This document shows, in pieces, positions 40,580 to 50,040 of a stretch of 64,000 bases of DNA. Below the pieces are notes generated by a model that did no database searches, was not told the DNA's origin, and saw only the letters and a list, made by a program, of their open reading frames with translations. Numbering within the stretch: position 1 is the first letter of the stretch; every line of letters starts with the position of its first letter. The position numbers and the translations under genes are program-made. The stretch comes from a bacterium (GTDB taxonomy: Bacteria > UBA8248): the NCBI GenBank assembly GCA_965199855.1, contig OZ241326.1:1184001-1248000 (forward strand). The letters run 5' to 3'.

Positions 40580-43500
40580 TCATCTCCCCTTCGCCAGGAG
40601 GAGAATCGCGGCGATGCGCCGCGCGGCCTCGGAGAAATGCCGAACCTCCGCGGGCTTCAGGGGACGGCCGAGGACGGCGCGCTCCCGGTAGGAGAGCCAC
40701 TTCTTCAATACCTGATACCCGCCGAGCCGATAGCCCCAGACGGCGGCGGGAACCCCGCGCCAGAAGGCGCGCTCGTTGAGGCGCACGTCAAAGGCGCTCC
40801 CCCCGAGCGCGGGAAGGGCGTCCCCCAGGGCGGCGCGCTCCTCCTCCGTCCAGGCGCGCTCGACGGCGCGGCCCGCCCCGGGCATGACGGCGCCGCCCGA
40901 ACCCAAGCGGCCCCAGCCCGCCGCCGCGATGAAGTCCGCCCCGCGCATCTGCCCGCCCCGCGCGGCGGCGGGGACGGCGATGGCCGCCGTCTCCGGCTTC
41001 AAGGCGCCCGCCGTCACGCCGGGGACGGGCCGCTCCGCGTCCAGCAGGCGGGCGAGCTCGCGCCCCCGCGCGGCGGATTCGGCGAGGAGCCTCGCGGCGT
41101 CCTCCCCCCCGCCTTCCGGCCAGCCGGGCAGGGGGATTCTCGGCCATTCCATGCGCAGCGCGCCGGCGTTCGCCTCCCGATACGCGGGGTCGTGCAGCGC
41201 GGCGAGGGCGTGATGAAACAAATCCTCCGCGTCCGCGCCCGCCCGCTTCAAATATCTTTGCGCCGCCTCCGTGAGATTCGGGCGGCGTCCATCCTCGCCC
41301 GCTTTCAGGGCATCCCCTCGGAGATATGCGGGGAACATATTGGTTCCACGTTCAATCAGATGCATCGAAGCGATATGCCGCGTGAAACATGCTTGTGGTT
41401 CTTCCCCGCCCTTCCTTAAATGCTGAGCAGAGGAGAACCAAAGGTTTTTCTCGAATACGTGCGGTTTGTATTCGGCGCGCTTCTCGTCAAGCAACTTCGT
41501 CTCTCCCTCCCAATAGAGCCATCGGGTATCGAAGGGGCGATAGGCGAAGCGAACGAAGCCGCTATCGTCCGGGCCGCCGCGGGCGAGAAGCGTTTCCCGA
41601 GTCTTGCGAGGGTCGAAACGCCCGGTCGTTCGCATCACGACCGGATAACGTCGGGCGATCTCTTCATTGTCCAGATCCGGATTGAAGTAATCGGCGACGC
41701 GGGCTTTCAGGCGGTCGAGATCGATATCCACGAGAAACGAATCGCGGCCAGTATTGACGCCGGGGAAGGAGACCGGAAACAGGTCGGGCAGGGCGGGCAA
41801 GCCGAACCAGTCCGCGCTCGTCTTCACCGGCGCGAAGGGAAGGCCGAGGGGCAAAACCGGCTCGACCCGCTCATAGAGGGCGTCCGGCGGCGCCTCGGCC
41901 GTGGCCAGCAGCTCCTCCCGCTTCGCCTCGCCCCACAGGTGGCGGAAGGCGACCTCGCCGGCGGGGGCGTGGTTCTCCTTCCGGACGAGGGTGGCGACCG
42001 CCGTTCCCACCTGGATGCCCACCGGGTCGCCCTCGGTGGAGAACACGCTGGGGTCGGGGGCGCCGTCCGGCGTCGTCTTGCCCGTCCGGTATCTGTCCCC
42101 GTTCAGGCAGTCGATGCGAATCGCGTCGAAGGCCTCCAGATACCGCTCGCGCATTCCGGGGAAGGAAAGCCCGTCCAGCCAGGAGTAGTTCGAGATGAAG
42201 CACACCACCCCCCGGCCCGTCTTCTCGGCGATGCGCCGCTCCGCCATGCGGAAGAAGCGGACGTAGAGGTCGTTCAGCCCCTGCCCCTCCGGCTTCCTCG
42301 CGCGCCTCGTCGTCCGGTAGGCTTCGCTCAGCCCGCGCTCCTCCTCGACGGCCACGCCCGCGAAGCCGTTGTAGGGCGGGTTGCCGAGGATGACGAGGAT
42401 GGGCGTCTCCCGCTTCACCCGCTCGGCGCGCTCGCGCTCCTCCTCCAGTTCGGGAAAGGGCAGGGGCTTGTTCGTCTTCGGCTCCCAGCCCGTGAGCGCG
42501 TTGGTGAGGAACACGCCCGCGCGCTCCTCCCCGCCCAGCGGCGCGCCGAGCGCGCGCAGGGCGAGCGCCACCTGCAGGTGCGCGACGACGAAGGGGGCGG
42601 GCATGATCTCGAAGCCGAACACGCGCCCGAGCGCCGCCTCCTTCACCCGCGCCCCCGCCAGCGCGCCCAGCCCCCGGCCCTCGAGGTTGGCGGCGATTCT
42701 CCTGAGAACCTCGGCCAGATAGGCGCCCGTGCCGCAGCAGGGGTCGAGCACATAGACGTTCTCCGCCGCCAGTCCCTCGGCGACGCCGAGGTCGTCCTTG
42801 AGCGCCCGGTCCACGCGGGCGACCATGTAGCGCACGACCTCGGGCGGGGTGTACCAGACGCCGAGCTGCTTTCTCAGGCCGGGGTCGAAGGCTTCCAGAA
42901 ACGGCTCGTAGAAGTAGGGAACCGCCTCGCCCTCGTGGAAGCGGGCGAAGAAGGCGGGCCCGTCCACGCGGTCAAGCGCCGCGGCCGTCCAGTCCAGCGC
43001 CTCCACCAGATCGAACAGCCTGAGGCGCCCCGGGGCGGCGACCTCCTGAAACAGGGCGGCAAGCGCGGGGACGCGCAGATGCCAGACCGTCTTTCGCCAG
43101 TCGAACTTCCCGCCCGGCGCGTCTCGCGCCCAGAGCGCCCACGCGGAGAAAATTCCGTAGAAAAGCGTCTGCACGATTGTTGAATGGAAAAAGCGCGTTC
43201 CGCGCGCCCCCTCGAAGCGGACGCCCAGGGCTTCCTCCAGCGCGCCCCGCAGGGCGGCGAGGGCGCCGCCGCCCGCGTCGATCGCCTGCGCGCGGGCGAG
43301 GCCGTCCCGCGCGTAGGAGGCCAGCAGCCAGGCCAGATCCTTCGGCTCGGAGATCGCCGCCTGATGCGCGAGGGCGCGGGCGAGGTATTCGACCAGCCCC
43401 GGGCCGGCGCTCCGGGCGAAGGCGCGCGGCTTTCGCAATTTGCGCTCGAAGTCCTCCGCGCTCTCCGCCAGCCGGAAGCTTTCGAGCTTCGCCGGCTCGC

Positions 43501-43927
43501 CCGCCCGCTCGCCCACGAGGAGGAAATCGCGCGTGTTCGTCACCAGAACGAGGCGGTAGCGCCTCCAGTAGCGGCTCACCTGCGCGCCCTCCGCCGTGAG
43601 CCAGGCGTCATCGGCGGCGGGCTTCACCTCCACCACGCCGCGCTCGGGGGTCTGCCCCTCTCTCGGCGCGCCCTTCTGCAGCTGCCGCTTCGCGTAGAGG
43701 CCGAAGTCGGGATGGCCCGCGCCCTGCTCCGCCAGCTGCGGGACGCAGAACACCCGCTCGCCGCGCGGGGCGAGCGCGCCGCCCACCGCGTTCAGCAGGT
43801 TCGCCAGCGCGGGATAGCGGGAGGACTCCGCCGTCGCCCCGCCCGAGGCGCGGACGGCTTCGAGTTCCGTGAAATAAGCCTCCGCCGCCGCCGTGAGTTT
43901 CGGGTTCGCTCCGCTCATGCGCCCCAT
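40580..43927 (-). CDS. Single-chain restriction-modification protein: PD-(D/E)XK-like N-terminus + N6-adenine MTase + type ISP-like C-terminal specificity domain
   Basis: HPDFGL...VEVK, GVWYTPPEVV, VLDPCCGTG, GNPPY, YRPFD.RW.Y, GGYQVLKKWL.YR; alternative start at 43918. Confidence 0.85.
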   Translation of the reverse strand: MGRMSGANPKLTAAAEAYFTELEAVRASGGATAESSRYPALANLLNAVGGALAPRGERVFCVPQLAEQGAGHPDFGLYAKRQLQKGAPREGQTPERGVVEVKPAADDAWLTAEGAQVSRYWRRYRLVLVTNTRDFLLVGERAGEPAKLESFRLAESAEDFERKLRKPRAFARSAGPGLVEYLARALAHQAAISEPKDLAWLLASYARDGLARAQAIDAGGGALAALRGALEEALGVRFEGARGTRFFHSTIVQTLFYGIFSAWALWARDAPGGKFDWRKTVWHLRVPALAALFQEVAAPGRLRLFDLVEALDWTAAALDRVDGPAFFARFHEGEAVPYFYEPFLEAFDPGLRKQLGVWYTPPEVVRYMVARVDRALKDDLGVAEGLAAENVYVLDPCCGTGAYLAEVLRRIAANLEGRGLGALAGARVKEAALGRVFGFEIMPAPFVVAHLQVALALRALGAPLGGEERAGVFLTNALTGWEPKTNKPLPFPELEEERERAERVKRETPILVILGNPPYNGFAGVAVEEERGLSEAYRTTRRARKPEGQGLNDLYVRFFRMAERRIAEKTGRGVVCFISNYSWLDGLSFPGMRERYLEAFDAIRIDCLNGDRYRTGKTTPDGAPDPSVFSTEGDPVGIQVGTAVATLVRKENHAPAGEVAFRHLWGEAKREELLATAEAPPDALYERVEPVLPLGLPFAPVKTSADWFGLPALPDLFPVSFPGVNTGRDSFLVDIDLDRLKARVADYFNPDLDNEEIARRYPVVMRTTGRFDPRKTRETLLARGGPDDSGFVRFAYRPFDTRWLYWEGETKLLDEKRAEYKPHVFEKNLWFSSAQHLRKGGEEPQACFTRHIASMHLIERGTNMFPAYLRGDALKAGEDGRRPNLTEAAQRYLKRAGADAEDLFHHALAALHDPAYREANAGALRMEWPRIPLPGWPEGGGEDAARLLAESAARGRELARLLDAERPVPGVTAGALKPETAAIAVPAAARGGQMRGADFIAAAGWGRLGSGGAVMPGAGRAVERAWTEEERAALGDALPALGGSAFDVRLNERAFWRGVPAAVWGYRLGGYQVLKKWLSYRERAVLGRPLKPAEVRHFSEAARRIAAILLLAKGR

Positions 43928-44012
43928 TCTGGCCCATTCGGAGAGGAGAAGCGAGGGGGGAGGATGTCTGTTTCCAGGGAAAACGCCTCCACAAGAGAGC
44001 CGTTCCCCCTGC

Positions 44013-45425
44013 CTAATTCAAAGACGACATCCCCAAGGCGCCGAAAATCCAAGTCGTTTCTTTCAGTAACGTCAAGGCATCGTCGCGGTCAAGGGGTCGG
44101 CTGTGCGCAATAGCTTTCCGCACCGGATGAAGCCTGCGAAGCGACGCTATGAAGTCGTCTCGTTTTCGGAAAACCGGTTTGAACGCATCATCCCAGTTGT
44201 CTTTTCGGCTGATTACGTCAGCCAAGTCCATGAAATTCGCATACTGCACAAGGGCATAAACCGGCCTGCCATAAGCGCGATCTTCTCCCTGACGCTCTTC
44301 CCAACATTTGCGCACCGACTCGGGAACCCGACGTTTAACCCAGTTCTCGCCATCCAAGGTGCGCAAATGCTCTTGCACCAAATGCCGGAGTCGTTGCTCC
44401 AGATCAGTCAGCACCCGCCAATGTTGCGAATCGAAAACGGCCTCCGAACCAGCTGATTCAATGGCTTGCGGTGCGGGCATCGGCGAGAATCGCAACTCGA
44501 ATTTGTGCGCGACCACCACTTCAGCCGCGGTCGCCTGATCATGTTCGATCTCCGTATCGGCTGGATGAGTTCTGACGCTGGAAGCAATGTCGTCGACGAC
44601 TATCTTCCCGATCTGCTTGGGAAAATGTCTCGGCAACTGGACTGCATCCCCACGGCGTGTTGGGAGAGCAGACCCGATTCTGGATTGTTCAAGCCGGTGC
44701 TTCGCCGCCGTGGCCGCCGCGAGCATGCGCATGGTTGCGTCCAGCCCGATTCTGGATTGTTCAAGTGCGCGTGTCCTCTCCCACGCCGCGCTCAGCATTG
44801 AGAGAGCAGACTCGATTCTGGATTGTTCAAGCTTCGCCTTCGCGGCGAAGCGCGCTACGCCGGTTGGGAGAGCAGACCCGATTTTGGATTGTTCAAGCCG
44901 GTGCTTCGCCGCCGTGGCCGCCGCGAGCATGCGCATGGTTGCGTCCAGCCCGATTCTGGATTGTTCAAGTGCGCGTGTCCTCTCCCACGCCGCGCTCAGC
45001 ATTGAGAGAGCAGACTCGATTCTGGATTGTTCAAGCTTCGCCTTCGCGGCGAAGCGCGCTACGCCGGTTGGGAGAGCAGACCCGATTTTGGATTGTTCAA
45101 GCCGGTGCTTCGCCGCCGTGGCCGCCGCGAGCATGCGCATGGTTGCGTCCAGCCCGATTTTGGATTGTTCAAGCCGGTGCTTCGCCGCCGTGGCCGCCGC
45201 GAGCATGCGCATGGTTGCGTCCAGCCCGGTTGCGGCTTGGTCAAATGCGGGCATGAGGAGGTCGCCCCTCACGCCGGAGCGGAGAGCCATGCGCAGGGTC
45301 TCGGCGATGGCGCAGCGCTGTTTTGTTGGAATTTTTAAGGCCGCCATTTGAATGGCTGACACCGAACCAAGAGCGGCCTTGAAGCCTTTTAATGTTCCCG
45401 CCGCTGAACTATTAACCGATGCCAT
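44013..45425 (-). CDS. Swt1-like HEPN domain protein with N-terminal modular tandem repeats
   Basis: C-terminal LEQRLR...W...VP...YANFMDL..VI...NW...F...F...RKAIAH (RxxxxH); GAGGAGG RBS; lower-GC scaffold. Confidence 0.75.
   Translation of the reverse strand: MASVNSSAAGTLKGFKAALGSVSAIQMAALKIPTKQRCAIAETLRMALRSGVRGDLLMPAFDQAATGLDATMRMLAAATAAKHRLEQSKIGLDATMRMLAAATAAKHRLEQSKIGSALPTGVARFAAKAKLEQSRIESALSMLSAAWERTRALEQSRIGLDATMRMLAAATAAKHRLEQSKIGSALPTGVARFAAKAKLEQSRIESALSMLSAAWERTRALEQSRIGLDATMRMLAAATAAKHRLEQSRIGSALPTRRGDAVQLPRHFPKQIGKIVVDDIASSVRTHPADTEIEHDQATAAEVVVAHKFELRFSPMPAPQAIESAGSEAVFDSQHWRVLTDLEQRLRHLVQEHLRTLDGENWVKRRVPESVRKCWEERQGEDRAYGRPVYALVQYANFMDLADVISRKDNWDDAFKPVFRKRDDFIASLRRLHPVRKAIAHSRPLDRDDALTLLKETTWIFGALGMSSLN
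44660..45245. repeat. Intragenic modular array: 21-bp anchor CYCGATTYTGGATTGTTCAAG x8 (+1 degenerate) separated by three module types
   Basis: Anchors at 44673, 44745, 44811, 44877, 44949, 45015, 45081, 45153 and (degenerate) 45225; spacings 72,66,66,72,66,66,72,72. Confidence 0.92.
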
Positions 45426-45894
45426 CTTTTGGCCTCCTCAATGTTGGGCGGAACCACACACCTACCACATTTTCGATGGAAAAACCAATCGAACGCCTAA
45501 CGGGCGGTTCCCGAACCGCCCCTACGGAATCGTCTCTTGCGCTCCCCCCTCAGCCCTCCGCCTTCTCCCGCGCCTCGAACACCTTATAGACCGCCGCGCT
45601 GTCGAGATGCCCGTAGCCCAGCTCCTGCCCCTCGGCGAAGACGGGGAGGCAGACGTCGCCCACGGGGGTGAGGGCGCTCGCGCTCCTCGCGAGGGAGAGG
45701 CCGAGCCGGATGTCCTTCGCCAGCACGTCGAGGGCGCTCGCGGGCTTCGAGAACCTGCGGCGAATCATCCGGGGGCCGCGGTTTCTGAGCTGGCGGCTGT
45801 CGGCGGCGCTTCGCGTGAGCGCGTCCAGGAGGAGGTCGCCCCTCACGCCGGAGCGGAGACCCATGCGCAGGGTCTCGGCGATGGCGCAGCGCTG
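45255..45894. repeat. 66-bp direct repeat (45255-45320 and 45829-45894), 65/66 identical
   Basis: Encodes QRCAIAETLRM[A/G]LRSGVRGDLL in both adjacent genes. Confidence 0.95.
45502..45525. repeat. GTAG-type REP
   Basis: GGGCGGTTCCCGAACCGCCCCTAC, identical to the copy at 2555-2578. Confidence 0.85.
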
Positions 45895-46467
45895 GAGGCA
45901 GGTGAGGTAGTTGATGAGCACCTTCATGGTCGCGCCCGCCCCCGCCGGCCCGCAGTGAATCTGATCGGAGAGCAGGCGGCGCAGCAGCCCCTTCACGCGG
46001 CGATGCGTCCGCTCCGACCCGCCCAGCAGGAAGAGCCCGGAGCGGCGCGCCACGTTCTCGCTGTTGCCGCTCACGCACGCCTCCATGAACGAGAAGCCGC
46101 GCGCCGCGCACAGGCGGGCGATCTCTCTCGCGTCGTCCGGGTCGGAGGTCGTGGCGTCGAGGACGGCCCCGGGCTTTCGCGCGGGCGCGGCGGCGAGGTA
46201 GCCGCTTTCCCCCGCCGCGCATTCGAGGGAGATTTTCGAGTCGGGCACCGAGACGAAGAGAACGTCCGCCGCCTCCGCCGTCTCCCGGGGGGAGGGCAGC
46301 GTCTCCCCGCCCAGCCGCTTGAACTTTCTCCGCGCCGCAGGGTCGGGGTCGGCGCCCACCACCCGGTGGCCGTCCTCGATCAGGTTTTTGGAAAACGCCC
46401 GGCCCATGAGGCCCAGGCCGATGAAGCCGATTGTCTCCTTTCGCCTCGCGCCCGCTTTTCTCGCCAT
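45550..46467 (-). CDS. NAD(P)-dependent oxidoreductase, 3-hydroxyisobutyrate dehydrogenase family
   Basis: IGFIGLGLMG, EACVSG, GAGATMK.L.N, KDIRL, G..DSAAV. Confidence 0.9.
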   Translation of the reverse strand: MARKAGARRKETIGFIGLGLMGRAFSKNLIEDGHRVVGADPDPAARRKFKRLGGETLPSPRETAEAADVLFVSVPDSKISLECAAGESGYLAAAPARKPGAVLDATTSDPDDAREIARLCAARGFSFMEACVSGNSENVARRSGLFLLGGSERTHRRVKGLLRRLLSDQIHCGPAGAGATMKVLINYLTCLQRCAIAETLRMGLRSGVRGDLLLDALTRSAADSRQLRNRGPRMIRRRFSKPASALDVLAKDIRLGLSLARSASALTPVGDVCLPVFAEGQELGYGHLDSAAVYKVFEAREKAEG

Positions 46468-46564
46468 GCGCCCGTCCTCTCCTTGAGAATGGTGGTGGAT
46501 GATGCGTCGGTTCGCTGATGAAAGCGCCCGTAGATGAGGGCGGACGGCGGAAGAAGCGGGACGC

Positions 46565-47611
46565 TCAGCCCTCGCGCGGCATGAGCGCCACCTTGACGGC
46601 GCCGTCCCTGCGCCCGCGCATCATGTCGATCCCCTCGTGAACCATCGAGAGGGGAATCCGGTGGGTGATCATGGGGCGGACGTCCAGCGCGCCGCGCGCC
46701 GCCAGGTCGATGCAGACCTCGAAGGCGTCGGGGTGTCCGCGCGAGCCGATGATCTCCTTCTCCAGGTGCTGGATGCGCTCGAGGGGCAGGGGCGCGTCCA
46801 CCGAGAACGCGCCCACGACGACGACGCGCCCGCCCTTGCGCGCCATCTCGACGGCCTGCTCCATCGTCTTCGTCTGCGCCCCGCCCACGACTTCGAGCGC
46901 GGCGTCCGCCCCGCGTCCGCCGGTAAGGCCGCGGACGGCGGCGACGGGGTCGTCCCGGGAGGCGTCTATCGTCTCGTCCGCCCCCATCTCCCGCGCGATT
47001 TCGAGCCTCTCCGCCGCGGCGTCGACGGCGAGGACGCGGGCGCCCGCGTATTTCGCGGCGGCGAGCGCGCACAGCCCCACGGGCCCCATGCCGAGAATGG
47101 CGGCGCTCTCGCCCGCCTCCAGGCGCGCGCGCTTCATCACGACGTGGTAGCCCGTTCCCAGCGTCTGCATGACGGCGGCCGAGGCGTCGTCGAGCGCGTC
47201 CGGCAGGGGGAGCAGGCACCGCGCCGGGACGAGGACGTGCCGGCTGTAGCCGCCGTCGGCGTTCATGCCGATGGAGCGCGAATCGTCGCACAGGTTCACC
47301 CGGCCCATCCGGCAGAAATGGCATTTTCCGCAGTGGACGTGGTTCTCGACGCAGACGCGCGCGCCGACCTCCGCGCCGGAGACGCCCTCGCCCAGCGCGG
47401 CGACCAGGCCCATGATCTCGTGCCCCGGCACGACGGGATACCTCGCGCGCTTCACGTGGCCGTCCATCAGGTGGAAGTCGCTGCCGCATATCGCGCAGGC
47501 GCCGACCTCGATGAGCGCCTCGCCCGGCCCCGGCTCCGGCACGGGACGCTCCTCGAGCTCCAGGCGTCCGGGCTCACGCAGCACGGCGGCGAGGGAGCTT
47601 CGCGCGGACAA
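46565..47611 (-). CDS. Zn-dependent alcohol dehydrogenase (MDR family)
   Basis: ICGSD, GHE, CGKCHFC..G..NLC, GMGPVG. Confidence 0.93.
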   Translation of the reverse strand: MSARSSLAAVLREPGRLELEERPVPEPGPGEALIEVGACAICGSDFHLMDGHVKRARYPVVPGHEIMGLVAALGEGVSGAEVGARVCVENHVHCGKCHFCRMGRVNLCDDSRSIGMNADGGYSRHVLVPARCLLPLPDALDDASAAVMQTLGTGYHVVMKRARLEAGESAAILGMGPVGLCALAAAKYAGARVLAVDAAAERLEIAREMGADETIDASRDDPVAAVRGLTGGRGADAALEVVGGAQTKTMEQAVEMARKGGRVVVVGAFSVDAPLPLERIQHLEKEIIGSRGHPDAFEVCIDLAARGALDVRPMITHRIPLSMVHEGIDMMRGRRDGAVKVALMPREG

Positions 47612-47828
47612 GGAGAATCCTCCGGGCGTTCATGCGGGGAGACGTGGCGATGCGGACGCCATCATAGGAGCTTCCGGCGCGCTTCGCCAGGGCGCGGGGC
47701 GCTTTCCGCCTTTCTCGGCGTCCCGTTTGGCCTTTGCGCTCGCCCGCGCTCTCCGTCAATGAGCGCGCGCGCCTTGCGGAGTCCGCCGCCGCGCTGGTAG
47801 GATTCGCCCGTCCCCGGGGGAGAAAGCG

Positions 47829-48920
47829 ATGGTCATTCAGAAGAGGGAGGTCGGCGTCGGCCTCATCGGCGCGGGCAAGATCGGCTCGCTCCGCGCGCAT
47901 CTGGCGGCGACCTCGCCGGTGGTCAACTTCTTCGCCGTCGCCGACGTCGACCCCGAGCGCGCCCGCGCCGTCGCCCAGCAGAACGAGGCGGCGCTTCACA
48001 CCTCTGACAACCGCGAAGTCATCGAGCACCCCCAGGTGGACGCCCTCATCGTCTCGACGCCCGAGGGCGAGCACGCCGAGGCCATCTGCATGGCGCTCGA
48101 GGCGGGCAAGCCCGTGCTGGTGGAGAAGCCCATCGCGCTCACCCTGCCCGACGCCGACCGGATTCTGGAGGCGCGGGCGCGGGGCGGGGCGGAGCTCTAC
48201 ATCGGCTACACGCAGCGGCTGCGCCGGAAATTCCTGGCCGTGAAGGAGCACATCGACGCGGGGCGCCTGGGCGAGGTGATGACCGCCCGCATGACCATCT
48301 ACAACACGCGCCCCACGGCGCGGCAGGTCTATCTGCGCGCCCCCCGCGCCAACCCCTTCACGGACGAGATCACCTACATGGCGGACATGGCGCTGTGGTT
48401 CTTCGCCCCGAGAAGGCCGGTTCGCGTCTATGCGCAGGCGGGCAGCGAGGTGTTTCACGAGCATCCCGACCAGATGGGCGACTACGGCTGGGCCATCGTC
48501 ACCTTCGAGGACGGGGCGGCGGCGTGCCTGGGCGGAAACTGGGCGCTGCCGGAACACTGGCCGGCGACGGTGGCGACCATCAGCATGGACGTATTCGGGA
48601 GCGAGGGAGCGATACGCATCGACGACGGCCACAAGGACGTGATGATGGTGGGCAACGAGCGCCTCCCCTCGCCCTACGCGCCGGACTCCTCGGTGGAGGT
48701 CGCCTTTCTGGGCTCCGCCATGCCGGGCGACTGGGCGGTGGGGGACTTCGTGGGGCCGATGCGCGACGAGACGAGGCTCTTCCTCGAGCGCGTGACGACC
48801 GGAAAGGAAGTGCCGCTCTGCGACGCGGAGACCGCGCGCGCGGTGCTGGAGCTCACCCTGGCGATGGAGGAGAGCGCGCGCCGCGGCGGCGAGGTCGTCG
48901 CGCTGCCGCTCGGGGGATGA
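47829..48920 (+). CDS. Gfo/Idh/MocA family oxidoreductase, paralog 1
   Basis: GLIGAGKIG, VSTP..H, GKPVLVEKP. Confidence 0.9.
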   Translation: MVIQKREVGVGLIGAGKIGSLRAHLAATSPVVNFFAVADVDPERARAVAQQNEAALHTSDNREVIEHPQVDALIVSTPEGEHAEAICMALEAGKPVLVEKPIALTLPDADRILEARARGGAELYIGYTQRLRRKFLAVKEHIDAGRLGEVMTARMTIYNTRPTARQVYLRAPRANPFTDEITYMADMALWFFAPRRPVRVYAQAGSEVFHEHPDQMGDYGWAIVTFEDGAAACLGGNWALPEHWPATVATISMDVFGSEGAIRIDDGHKDVMMVGNERLPSPYAPDSSVEVAFLGSAMPGDWAVGDFVGPMRDETRLFLERVTTGKEVPLCDAETARAVLELTLAMEESARRGGEVVALPLGG

Positions 48921-48924
48921 GGCG

Positions 48925-50007
48925 GTGAGGCGAATCGGACTGGGAATCATCGGCTCGGGGCGCATGGGCAGACTCCGCGCGCATCTGGCCTCGGGCGCGC
49001 CGGAGGTGGGCTTCCTCGCCCTCTCGGACAGGGACCCGGAGCGCGCCGCGCGCCTGGCGGAGGAGACGCGGGCGGACTTCCATTCGGGCGACAACGAGGC
49101 CGTGCTCTCCCGCCCGGAGGTGGACGCCGTCATCGTCTCGACCCCCGAGTTCGACCACGCCGACGCCGTCTGCCGCGCGCTCGAACTGGGAAAGCCGGTG
49201 CTTTGCGAGAAGCCCATCTCCCTGTCCCTGGAGGACGCGGACAGGATCGTGGCGGCGCATGAGGAATCGGGGACGGAGCTCTTCATCGGCTACACGCAGA
49301 GGCAGAGGCGCCGCTTCCTGAACGCGAAGGAGCAGATTCAGCGCGGGCGGCTGGGGCGTCTGCAAACCGCGCGCGCCACGCTCTACAACGCGGTGACGAA
49401 CGGGGCGGAAATCTACAAACGCGCCGCCCACGCGGGGCCCGTCACCGACACGCTCACCTACATGGTGGACATCTGCCTGTGGTATTTCGAGGGCAGAAAG
49501 CCCGCGCGCGTCTATGCCCAGGGGGGGAGCAAGGTGTTTCCCCACCACCCCATGGGCTGCGGGGACTGGGCCTGGGCCATTCTCACCTTCGAGGACGGCG
49601 GCACGGTGAACTTCGGCTGCTCCTGGATTCTGCCGGACAACTGGCCGGCGAACATCACCTCCATCGACCTCGAGGTCATGGGCGAGGAGGGCGCCATCGC
49701 CATCGACGATTCCCACAAGAACGCCGTCATGGCGACCAGCAGGGGCGTGCCCTCGCCCTACGTGGAGGGCGCCTCCTCGAACGTGGTCTTCCTGGAGACC
49801 ATGATGGCGGGCGACTGGCTGGTGGGCGACTTCTGGGGCCCCATGCGCGATGAGACGAGGCTTTTCCTCGAGCGGGTGACGATGGGACGGAGCGTCTCGC
49901 TCGCCCTGCCGCGTCACGCCCGCGCGGTGCTGGAGGTGACGCTGGCGATCGAGAAGAGCGCGAAGGAGAACCGCCCCGTGGATTTTCCGCTCGAAAACGG
50001 CCATTAG
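48925..50007 (+). CDS. Gfo/Idh/MocA family oxidoreductase, paralog 2
   Basis: GIIGSGRMG, GKPVLCEKP; shares GPMRDETRLFLERVT with paralog 1. Confidence 0.9.
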   Translation: MRRIGLGIIGSGRMGRLRAHLASGAPEVGFLALSDRDPERAARLAEETRADFHSGDNEAVLSRPEVDAVIVSTPEFDHADAVCRALELGKPVLCEKPISLSLEDADRIVAAHEESGTELFIGYTQRQRRRFLNAKEQIQRGRLGRLQTARATLYNAVTNGAEIYKRAAHAGPVTDTLTYMVDICLWYFEGRKPARVYAQGGSKVFPHHPMGCGDWAWAILTFEDGGTVNFGCSWILPDNWPANITSIDLEVMGEEGAIAIDDSHKNAVMATSRGVPSPYVEGASSNVVFLETMMAGDWLVGDFWGPMRDETRLFLERVTMGRSVSLALPRHARAVLEVTLAIEKSAKENRPVDFPLENGH

Positions 50008-50040
50008 CCCGCCGATGACGGCGAAGCGGCTCCGCTCCGC

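Noticed and set aside
44660-45245. CRISPR array (21-bp repeat with 45-51-bp spacers)
   Set aside because: Spacers recur (only three types), all periods are multiples of 3 within an intact ORF, and no cas genes are in the window.
47829-50007. Tandem Gfo/Idh/MocA paralogs as a novel system
   Set aside because: Ordinary diverged duplication of a common catabolic family.
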